DNA of 64,000 nucleotides from NCBI GenBank assembly GCA_963825165.1, contig CAWGRY010000006.1, positions 396,220-460,219 of the forward strand, written 5' to 3'. A model generated the notes under the pieces. That model had not been told where the DNA came from. It made no database searches and saw only the letters and a list, made by a program, of their open reading frames with translations. Shown here one piece after another: positions 54,955 through 63,232 of this stretch. Positions within the stretch are counted from its first letter, which is position 1; every line of letters begins with the position of its first letter. Both the position numbers and the translations under genes were made by a program. This DNA is from an uncultured Bacteroidales bacterium. Its GTDB lineage: Bacteria; Bacteroidota; Bacteroidia; Bacteroidales; VadinHA17.

Positions 54955-57318
54955 TTATTCCGGCCGATTTATATCAATCAACTCTGTTATGTTAAAAGGA
55001 TACTTACCAGGGCCGGAGACAGAGATATTCAGTCTGAATGTATCAGGATAATCCGGGTACGGTAACCTGAATGAATATTCCTGGCCACCTTCGGGACTTA
55101 ACAGCGGTGACCACAGCAGGGTATTGCTTAACGAGGGACTTCTTCCGTCCTTTTCTGTGGTAAAGGCTTTGAATTTTATCTCCGGATCGGAGAACAGGTA
55201 ACTGATTCTTGTCGCTGCTTCGGGAAGAACCTGCTGCCTGTAATCTCCCTGTCTGGTAACAACATTTATGACCGGTGGCAGCAATACCTCTCCAAGCCTG
55301 TAAGGCTCAAAAGTGATATCAATATACTCGGTTTTCTCAGGGAGTATTTCCGCAATGGTACCGGGATCAGTTGTATATATACCGTCAATGAATATCATAG
55401 GTGTATCCTTCAACTCATTACCGGTAATGGGATCGAACATCCTGAAGAAGTACCCGCGGCGGCTGTTAACGAGATCTATGTTGGGAACGAGTTCAAAGAA
55501 AACCTCCTCCATATTCGGTAATGCGATAAAGTCTGACATTAACAGGTGAAAGCCGGGTTTTCCATAGAAGTGACCGATACTTTCATCAACACCTGGAAGT
55601 GCCAGGGTATCGGTCTCCGTGATATTGTAGATCCTCATGACCTGGCTGTTAATGCTCATACGCAGAACGGAACTGTCTGCTTCAGCCCTGACGGCTGCCA
55701 CTGAACTGTAAAGGGGAATAAAATCATCAGAGAATGACGCAGAGGTTTTTATTACAATATTGTCAGCAGTATCGCGGGGGTAGACAACAATCTCTGCTGA
55801 TCCCCTTCGTGGAGGAACAATGAAGTTAAATCTGCCGGCTCTGTCGGTTCTGGTATACTGAAGAAAGCAATTTTTTCCGGGAAGATTAATAAACAGGAAT
55901 TTTCCGGCGGCAGGACGGAGGTTGTCAAGATTGGTGACAACGCCGCTAACGACCAGTCCATGAGTTTCACCGGCGGTGATTGGAATTTCTTCGTGTTTGC
56001 TGTACAGATGCCTGTCATTCAGTGTTATCAGCAGGTTATCACTTATCTCCGCAACGCCTGATATGAAAGGTTCCATGAAAGGGTCATTCATTGTCGCGGT
56101 TGTGATCCAGCTGGATAAGCACGAATAGGACCGGAGGTCAATTCCAGGATGATCATCAGAAACGGTTACTGCCACAGATGCGGATGATATTCCCCGGGGC
56201 AGTCTGACAACCAGGGTATCATGCCTGATTATATAACCGATATCATTTTTCGTAACACTGTTCAGGCTTACGTCATCATTCATGAACAACCTTGATGACA
56301 AAAGATTTCCGCTATGATCGTACAGGAGGGCTTCATTAATACCCGGAGCAAGGTCACTGAAGTTTATCTCTACCGTGGTTTCTTCCTGAGCGATGTCAAG
56401 TTGTCTGTAGAAGCTTATTTTGCCCGGGCTTATTATTGCAAGGTGCAATGGTCCGGCTGCGTCACCGGTGGCTTGGACTATTATGCTTCCAGTTTGGTTC
56501 CGGAGGCCTGAGAATGCCAGCGAATAATCCGATCGTGAGTAAGGGGGAATTTCTGCCCTGACCTCCTTTGATTCTATTTGTGCCATGGCAACCAGCGTCC
56601 CGGTTTTTGAGGGTATGATATTAACCGAAGCCAGTCCTGTCGCATCGGTGGTAACGGAATCGGTGACGGTGCCTTCAGGGTCAGTGAAAAATACTTTTAC
56701 CGGCACTCCTCCACCCCCCTGGCCTGTCGACCTGACTACAACCTTATTTACTGTGCCCGGCACCATAGCACCTCCTTCAGGGTACAGGGCAAGTGACGGA
56801 CCGGCTATCTCTGCGGTAAGTCTTATCCGGTCATAGTCAGCGTCCATGGTATAAGGATTGAAAACCCTTATCCTGGAAGTGAAGAAGTGATCGGGTCCGA
56901 GAAATGCCATTGCCCTGGTATAGCCTCTCAGGATATAATCACCTGAAGCAATTGTATCAGGAAGTGACAGCAGGCCTGTCCCCGTCCCATTTTTATCAAT
57001 CAGTATCCGGCTCTGTGCGACAGGGGTATTAAGAGAGTTAAGGATTTCTGCATATCCGGCCTTACTCTGCCTTTCAGCCTTATCACCGGACCGCTGCACC
57101 AGCATCGTATACCATACATTCTCACCGGCGATGTAAATGTTACGGTCACTGATGATCAAGACTGATTCATACCCATCAATTAACGGATGCTGCCGGATGT
57201 TGATCAGAGTATCGGCAGGGTCAGTCATAGTTGTAGCCGGGCTGGCTGATGAAGAGAGACCAATCCTGACGAGGACGATAATTACCGTCAGAAGATTTTT
57301 ATTTCGCGAAGCCCTCAT
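54955..57318 (-). CDS. 787-aa secreted protein, function unknown (weak MG2/alpha-2-macroglobulin-like and carboxypeptidase-regulatory-like features)
   Basis: The ATG at 57318 gives MRASRNKNLLTVIIVLVRIGLSSSA; the track start at 57372 is TTG. ISDRNIYIAGENVWYTM resembles MG2-domain starts. It overlaps the upstream gene by 20 nt. Confidence 0.7.
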   Translation of the reverse strand: MRASRNKNLLTVIIVLVRIGLSSSASPATTMTDPADTLINIRQHPLIDGYESVLIISDRNIYIAGENVWYTMLVQRSGDKAERQSKAGYAEILNSLNTPVAQSRILIDKNGTGTGLLSLPDTIASGDYILRGYTRAMAFLGPDHFFTSRIRVFNPYTMDADYDRIRLTAEIAGPSLALYPEGGAMVPGTVNKVVVRSTGQGGGGVPVKVFFTDPEGTVTDSVTTDATGLASVNIIPSKTGTLVAMAQIESKEVRAEIPPYSRSDYSLAFSGLRNQTGSIIVQATGDAAGPLHLAIISPGKISFYRQLDIAQEETTVEINFSDLAPGINEALLYDHSGNLLSSRLFMNDDVSLNSVTKNDIGYIIRHDTLVVRLPRGISSASVAVTVSDDHPGIDLRSYSCLSSWITTATMNDPFMEPFISGVAEISDNLLITLNDRHLYSKHEEIPITAGETHGLVVSGVVTNLDNLRPAAGKFLFINLPGKNCFLQYTRTDRAGRFNFIVPPRRGSAEIVVYPRDTADNIVIKTSASFSDDFIPLYSSVAAVRAEADSSVLRMSINSQVMRIYNITETDTLALPGVDESIGHFYGKPGFHLLMSDFIALPNMEEVFFELVPNIDLVNSRRGYFFRMFDPITGNELKDTPMIFIDGIYTTDPGTIAEILPEKTEYIDITFEPYRLGEVLLPPVINVVTRQGDYRQQVLPEAATRISYLFSDPEIKFKAFTTEKDGRSPSLSNTLLWSPLLSPEGGQEYSFRLPYPDYPDTFRLNISVSGPGKYPFNITELIDINRPE

Positions 57319-58435
57319 CCCAGTAATCAGGTTTAATGTTAGATCCCATGTATGCACAATCGGTACACCCAATATTGGTGGTCAGAGCCCAGAATGTTGC
57401 TCCATTGTGGTCCTCATCTGCGTATTGATGAAGGGCAAAATAAATGGTACCCAGACCCGCAAGGGAAGAATCTGCTGGTTCCCTGTCCGTAACACATTTG
57501 TCGGTATAGTGATCGGGAGTAATAAGGCGATCCTTTATAAATATTCGTTTATAACTTACTCCTGAGACGCTGAAAAAGCCGAGTACAACTTCTGCAGGGT
57601 CAGATATGCACTGCATATTCCCGGTCACTGACACGGGGGTGACATCATACAGACCTCCGGTATTTTGCGACATGATCCTGATCTTATCCCAGAATTCATA
57701 TTCTTCCCTGCTTAGTGAATACTGTTTCACAAGCATGCTGTACTTGTACATGCCCCTGTCGGTCGAATTATTGTACGTGGTCAGTACAAGGTCTGTGACC
57801 CTGTCTTCGGAGAGTGCTTCTGTGTTGGCTATGAGAATATTATGTGACAGTTCGGACATCCAGCATATACGTTTTTCCTTTGGCAGTAGATTAAAGGGCA
57901 GGTGAAATTCCCATGTCTCTTCAAATGCCCACCGGAAATAGTGGCAACTGCCTGTTGGATCTAGTGTGCTAAGAGTTACCCTGGTTGCCTTTTCCGTTTC
58001 ACCCGAAGCATTGATTTCACGGTCAAATATTTCATAGCCGAGGCTGTCAATCGGCGGTACAGGTTTCAGTGCACTTAATGATGAAGAGTACTGCTTCCCG
58101 TTGTATTCAATATTAAGAACGTAACTTCTTCCTGTCTGGCCTGTGAATACCGTTGAGTCGCTGATGTATTTTCCGGGGCTCTTCTCCGTGAAATTATATG
58201 AATTGCCAAGATCATCACTGACAGATACCCTGGCCTTTACAGCCGGTTTTTCGGCAGATGTTTCATCAAGCGGATGCGATATACCCAGTATTATACTGTA
58301 ACGTCTGTTTTCATCCGTCACAAGACCGTTGACAGTCAGGTAATCAATCTGTGAGACAATCTCAGGAGTGAACAGACTGATACAGGAAGCGGTTGCTGCC
58401 GAAAGAAATAGTGTTATGATTTTGCTGGTCTTCAT
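57299..58435 (-). CDS. DUF4249-like lipoprotein, copy B of a tandem pair
   Basis: 378 aa with lipobox LSAATASC. It is about 92% identical to copy A over the first ~300 aa. Confidence 0.8.
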   Translation of the reverse strand: MKTSKIITLFLSAATASCISLFTPEIVSQIDYLTVNGLVTDENRRYSIILGISHPLDETSAEKPAVKARVSVSDDLGNSYNFTEKSPGKYISDSTVFTGQTGRSYVLNIEYNGKQYSSSLSALKPVPPIDSLGYEIFDREINASGETEKATRVTLSTLDPTGSCHYFRWAFEETWEFHLPFNLLPKEKRICWMSELSHNILIANTEALSEDRVTDLVLTTYNNSTDRGMYKYSMLVKQYSLSREEYEFWDKIRIMSQNTGGLYDVTPVSVTGNMQCISDPAEVVLGFFSVSGVSYKRIFIKDRLITPDHYTDKCVTDREPADSSLAGLGTIYFALHQYADEDHNGATFWALTTNIGCTDCAYMGSNIKPDYWDEGFAK

Positions 58436-58443
58436 CTCATATT

Positions 58444-58548
58444 TCAGAAATCAATCCTGTTTATGGCATAGCCAGTTGCGGTGGAAATGCTTACCCGGGC
58501 GAGGACAAGGATTACCAACAGAAGATAATTATTTCGCGAAGCCCTCAT
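58444..58548 (-). pseudogene. chimeric 34-codon junction remnant of the tandem duplication
   Basis: It translates to MRASRNNYLLLVILVLARVSISTATGYAINRIDF*. The first ~19 codons mirror the 787-aa gene start. The last codons (RIDF*) mirror the TonB-dependent receptor C-terminus (YRIDF*). Confidence 0.7.
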
Positions 58549-59662
58549 CCCAGTAATCAGGTTTAATGTTTGAACCTTTGTATGCGCAATCAGTACACCC
58601 TATGTTGGAAGTTATAGTCCAGGCTGGATTATCCGTGTCAGGGTAAGAGGTAGCACTAAGAATAAAAATTGCGGTACCCAGTCCGGGAGGTGAAGAATTT
58701 GGTGGTATATATCCTTCAACACATTTGTCAGTATAGAGATCGCGAAAAGGCAGCGATCTCTTAATGAATATTCTTTTATAACTGACCCCCGAGACGCTGA
58801 AGAAGCCGAGAACGATTTCTGAAGGGTCGGTTATGCACTGTATGTTCCCGGTCACTGACACGGGGGTGACATCATAAAGACCTCCGGTATTTTGCGACAT
58901 GATCCTGATCTTATCCCAGAATTCATATTCTTCCCTGCTTAGTGAATACTGTTTCACAAGCGTGGTGTACTTGTACATGCCCCTCTCGGTTGAATTATTG
59001 AATGTGGTCAGCGTAAAGTTTGTTATCCTGTCTTCCGATAGCGCTTCTGTGTTGGCTATGAGAATATTATGTGACAGTTCCGACATCCAGCATATACGTT
59101 TTTCCCTGGGCAGGAGATTAAATGGAAGATCCATTTCCCATGTCTCTTCAAATGCCCACCGGAAAAAGTGGCAACTGCCTGTAGGGTCAAGTGTACTGAG
59201 GGCTACCCTGGTTGCCTTTTCCGTTTCACCCGAAGCATTGATTTCACGGTCAAATATTTCATAGCCGAGGCTGTCGATCGGCGGTACCGGCTTCAGTGCG
59301 CTTAAAGATGAAGAGTACTGCTTCCCGTTGTATTCGATATTCAGAACATAACTTCTTCCTGTCTGGCCTGTGAATACCGTTGAGTCACTGATGTATTTTC
59401 CCGGGCTCTTCTCCGTGAAATTATATGAATTGCCAAGATCATCACTGACAGATACCCTGGCCTTTACAGCCGGTTTTTCGGCAGATGTTTCATCAAGCGG
59501 ATGCGAGATACCAAGTATTATACTGTAACATCTGTTTTCATCCGTGACAAGACCGTTGACAGTCAGGTAATCATCCTGTGAGACGATCTCAGGAGTGAAC
59601 AGACTGATACAGGAAGCGGCTGCTGCCGAAAGAAATAATATTATGATTTTGCCGATCTTCAT
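58529..59662 (-). CDS. DUF4249-like lipoprotein, copy A of a tandem pair
   Basis: 377 aa with lipobox LSAAAASC. It lies directly downstream of the TBDR with an 8-nt gap. Confidence 0.8.
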   Translation of the reverse strand: MKIGKIIILFLSAAAASCISLFTPEIVSQDDYLTVNGLVTDENRCYSIILGISHPLDETSAEKPAVKARVSVSDDLGNSYNFTEKSPGKYISDSTVFTGQTGRSYVLNIEYNGKQYSSSLSALKPVPPIDSLGYEIFDREINASGETEKATRVALSTLDPTGSCHFFRWAFEETWEMDLPFNLLPREKRICWMSELSHNILIANTEALSEDRITNFTLTTFNNSTERGMYKYTTLVKQYSLSREEYEFWDKIRIMSQNTGGLYDVTPVSVTGNIQCITDPSEIVLGFFSVSGVSYKRIFIKRSLPFRDLYTDKCVEGYIPPNSSPPGLGTAIFILSATSYPDTDNPAWTITSNIGCTDCAYKGSNIKPDYWDEGFAK

Positions 59663-59670
59663 TTAACGTT

Positions 59671-62403
59671 TCAGAAATCAATCCTGTAGGATATGGTTGG
59701 TATGGTTCTGCCGAATATTGACAGACTGTAGCCCTGTATCTTTCCGTGTTCAATGCGGAAGTATACGGAATAGATGTTCTCGCGCCCGGTTACATTATAT
59801 ACGGAGATATTCCATGACGGCCGGAAAGTCTTTGAGGCTTTCAGGTTGCTGTACAGATTCATGGATACATCCCACCTGAAATAATCCGGGAGCCTGTACT
59901 GGTTCCGGTCAGAATAATGGATCACATTAACTCCGTCATGAAGATACCACGTGACAGGGTAGGTTACCGGCCTGCCGGTGTAGTATACAAAATTCATGCT
60001 CCAGTTAATTCTTCTTGAATAAAGGTAACTGATCTGAAGATTAAGGTCATGCGGCCTGTCATAATTGGCAGGGTAGTAAGCTCCCTCGTTAATTAATTCC
60101 GAATCAAAGGAGCCGGTACTGCGGAGAAGAACGCGTGACCATGTATAATTCAGTGTGGTTTTAAATTTGCCCCTGTTCTTTTTAAGCATGATCTCAACTC
60201 CGTAAGCTTTGCCTTCCGCCGGGATAAGATCCTGCTCTATAAGTTCATTCATTGTCAGGATTGCTCCCCCCTTATAGTCAATAAGATTATGCAGCCATTT
60301 ATAATAGCCGTCTGCTGACAGTTCATAGTCGTTATCGAGTATGTCAAGGTAAAAGCCTGCTGCCACCTGATCTCCGTACTGTGGCCTGATATGGTAATCG
60401 CTCATCTTCCAGGTGTCGGTAGGGGAGACTGAGATGGTATTTGACAGCAGATGAAGGTATTGATAGGTTCTGTTATAGTTGATCTTAAGTGAGCTGCCGC
60501 CTGAAATCCTGTAGTTCAGTGACAGCCTTGCCTCGGGCCCAGCGTAGGCTTTTATGATGTTTCCCGGCCCGAAATAAATTGAATCTATCATAGTATTCAT
60601 CTCTTTTGAAAAGAGAGGATTATATAAATAAACCGTCTGGGGGCCCAGGGCCAGGAATGATGACAGGCGGAACCCTGCCCTTACCGTCAGGAGTCCTGCA
60701 AGCTCAGCCTTATAGTCTGCATATAGTGCTGTTTCAAGTCCTGTCTCAGTATCGATCTTTTCATTTTTTATTACCGACAGGGGAGGAACAGCTGTACGGG
60801 TTCCCGGGCTGATCAGGTGAAGGCTGGTTTCTCCTCCGAACTGCATCTCATGGCCGGAAGTAAGGTACCATGTTAAATTTGCTTTTCCTGATGTGGTATT
60901 CACCTTATGGGTCATCGTAGCTGCATATTCGGGGATGCCGGAGTTGGACACCTCGTACCTGAAATTGCTGTTGTTGAGGCTGAAGACGGCAAAGAGTGAC
61001 TGGGAGATGGCATGCCTGAACCGTGCGGCGACGATCAGGTTGTCATAGGTATAGGTGGTATCGCTGTTAAACCTGAAGCTGTCGTGGCTCAGGTATGCTG
61101 ATAGCTCGAGCTTGCTGTTCTTGCCGATGTCAGTGATGACATGCCCGTTGATGTCATAAAAACCTGCCGTACTGTTTCGCAGGGCAGCATTTGGAAGCAG
61201 ATCCAGCATCCAGTTCGAGTAGGTAGTCCTTCCGGCAAGAATAAAGGATGATTTGTCCTTTATTATAGGTCCTTCGACAGTGGCATGTGCTGCAACCATG
61301 CTTATACCCACATTACCCGAATAATCTTTTTTATTACCGTCTTTCTCGGTGATATCCATGATTGAAGAAACCCGGCCTCCGTACTGGGCAGGTATACCTC
61401 CTTTATACAGAGAGACATCGTTTATCACTTCGGAGTTCACTGAAGAGAAAAAGCCGAAGAAGTGCGACGAGTAGTACATGGGAGCGCCGTAGAGCAGGAT
61501 AAGGTTCTGGTCCGCAGAACCGCCCCTCACATTAAACCCTGCTGCACCTTCTCCGACGGACTGGACTCCTGGCATCAGCAGAACGCTTTTTAAAAGGTCG
61601 GCCTCTCCCAATGAAGAAGGCGACAGCCTGATGGTCATAATATTCATCCTTGCCATGCCGCTCTCGAGCCTGTCAAGTTTTTCCCTCCTGCTGGCCGTCA
61701 CAACGGCTTCCTTGATTGCAATAATTCGTTCAATGAGCGCAATATTTATCCGCCCGCTGGAATAAAGGTTAACATTCCTGTATGTATCGTATGATCCCAG
61801 TGACCTGTATTCCACTTTGTACGACCCTCTTGGAGCTGAAAGGGAATAATAGCCATCATGATTGGTCATTGCACCCAGGCCCAGCTCCCTGATAAAGACA
61901 GAGGCTCCGGGGATCGGTTCCCCGGTGGCATCATTAGTGATATAGCCTGACAGGTACGCCCTGTCTTCCCTGTACTTATCACCTGGCCGGCCAAAAGTAA
62001 TCATATCACTCTCTTTAGCTTTAAGGGATGCTGTCTCTAAAGTATCTTTAATGTACATGATTTGCTGATCTGCAGTGTCGTCGGAAAAGTCAGCCCTGAC
62101 CCTGTATCCTTTGGTGATAAAGATATTACCTGCCTTGTCATCAAAGCAATAGAGTCCGCGCGGAGTGATAATCATACCTATAACTTCCAGGGGTTTAGCA
62201 TTCTCCCAGGTACCTGTAACAGTCAGGTTATCAACCCATTCAATTTTATAAAATATACGGGTACCGGTTGCTGATTCAAGGCTGACGACGAAGTCACTGA
62301 AAGGCACCCCGTCAGCATGGCCGCTGAAAAGCTTGCCCTGTTCCTGTGCCGGTAGCAATATTACCGTCATTAACAGGATGACTGTTCCTGTCAGTCTCTT
62401 CAT
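59671..62403 (-). CDS. TonB-dependent receptor with N-terminal STN-like and CarboxypepD_reg-like domains
   Basis: 910 aa. VPFSDFVVSLESATGTRIFYKIEWVDNLTVTG is STN-like. YLSGYITNDATGEPIPGASVFI is the CarboxypepD_reg-like region. The plug reads DLLKSVLLMPGVQSVGEGAAGFNVRGGSADQNLILLYGAPMY. The terminal strand is ISYRIDF. Confidence 0.88.
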   Translation of the reverse strand: MKRLTGTVILLMTVILLPAQEQGKLFSGHADGVPFSDFVVSLESATGTRIFYKIEWVDNLTVTGTWENAKPLEVIGMIITPRGLYCFDDKAGNIFITKGYRVRADFSDDTADQQIMYIKDTLETASLKAKESDMITFGRPGDKYREDRAYLSGYITNDATGEPIPGASVFIRELGLGAMTNHDGYYSLSAPRGSYKVEYRSLGSYDTYRNVNLYSSGRINIALIERIIAIKEAVVTASRREKLDRLESGMARMNIMTIRLSPSSLGEADLLKSVLLMPGVQSVGEGAAGFNVRGGSADQNLILLYGAPMYYSSHFFGFFSSVNSEVINDVSLYKGGIPAQYGGRVSSIMDITEKDGNKKDYSGNVGISMVAAHATVEGPIIKDKSSFILAGRTTYSNWMLDLLPNAALRNSTAGFYDINGHVITDIGKNSKLELSAYLSHDSFRFNSDTTYTYDNLIVAARFRHAISQSLFAVFSLNNSNFRYEVSNSGIPEYAATMTHKVNTTSGKANLTWYLTSGHEMQFGGETSLHLISPGTRTAVPPLSVIKNEKIDTETGLETALYADYKAELAGLLTVRAGFRLSSFLALGPQTVYLYNPLFSKEMNTMIDSIYFGPGNIIKAYAGPEARLSLNYRISGGSSLKINYNRTYQYLHLLSNTISVSPTDTWKMSDYHIRPQYGDQVAAGFYLDILDNDYELSADGYYKWLHNLIDYKGGAILTMNELIEQDLIPAEGKAYGVEIMLKKNRGKFKTTLNYTWSRVLLRSTGSFDSELINEGAYYPANYDRPHDLNLQISYLYSRRINWSMNFVYYTGRPVTYPVTWYLHDGVNVIHYSDRNQYRLPDYFRWDVSMNLYSNLKASKTFRPSWNISVYNVTGRENIYSVYFRIEHGKIQGYSLSIFGRTIPTISYRIDF

Positions 62404-63110
62404 TCCGTCTTCGTTTTAGCAGTAAGAGAGTCGTAAAAGACGGCCGCATTAATAAATCCTGCCGGAGAACTGTTACTGAGATATAGATTTTTCTGCCGTA
62501 TAAATTTTCTTACAGGAATTTCATATTCGCCCATGAGATCAAGAAATGATGACCTGTTTCTGACCTGGAAGCAGCTTCCGTTCAGAACCAGGTAGTATTT
62601 CGTTTCCTCCCTGAACTCCGCATAATTGGCTCCGGCAGGATTTTTTGAGACAACTTTTATATGTCTGGCAATAACGGAACTGGTCCCCTGGTACAATATT
62701 TCTGCAAACCCGCTTATTCCGGGATATGTCTCCCTGAGATTAACGAACCTTTCGGGGATGCCGTTGTACACTATTGTAAACTCATCCACTTTTTTGCTGT
62801 CGATAATTATCGGTGAGCCGTTCTTCCACAGCACTATTATGCCATCATTGAAGATGTCATATTTCAGGCGTACATCCTTAAACGTTATTCCGTCGATTGT
62901 GACAGTACCGGACAGGGCTTCAGACGTAAGGAAAAACTCATGTCCTGCTGCCATCTGCATTGCAGGATGCCATTCGACTCCGCTGTACAGGAGCTGGTCA
63001 TACCAGGCAGCGTCGCTGCTCACGGGTGACATCTGGGGATTCTGGGCTTTCAATGCAGAAATGCTCAGGAAAAGAAACATGCAGCTGATTACTTTCTTGT
63101 TCAAAGGCAT
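62400..63110 (-). CDS. 236-aa secreted protein, function unknown; first gene of the TBDR operon
   Basis: Signal peptide MPLNKKVISCMFLFLSISALKAQ. It has an ATGA overlap with the TBDR start. Confidence 0.7.
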   Translation of the reverse strand: MPLNKKVISCMFLFLSISALKAQNPQMSPVSSDAAWYDQLLYSGVEWHPAMQMAAGHEFFLTSEALSGTVTIDGITFKDVRLKYDIFNDGIIVLWKNGSPIIIDSKKVDEFTIVYNGIPERFVNLRETYPGISGFAEILYQGTSSVIARHIKVVSKNPAGANYAEFREETKYYLVLNGSCFQVRNRSSFLDLMGEYEIPVRKFIRQKNLYLSNSSPAGFINAAVFYDSLTAKTKTE

Positions 63111-63199
63111 AGCGTGAGTGAATAGGTAAATTTAATACTTTACAATTTAACTGCAGAACCATCGGAAGACAACTTTTCACTGACACGCCGGGCATAGGT

Positions 63200-63207
63200 T
63201 AACTTTG
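63200..63207 (+). promoter_or_regulatory. candidate Bacteroidota -7 promoter box (TAACTTTG)
   Basis: An exact TAnnTTTG match 26 nt upstream of the ribF ATG. Confidence 0.35.
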
Positions 63208-63232
63208 TTATTTTTGTATTCTCAGAAACGAG

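Larger units (their letters stand above)
57261..59715. repeat. diverged tandem direct duplication, two units of about 1.23 kb
   Basis: Each unit runs from the last few dozen nt of the TBDR gene, through a DUF4249-like gene, to the first ~57 nt of the 787-aa gene. The junction is near 58490. Confidence 0.8.
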
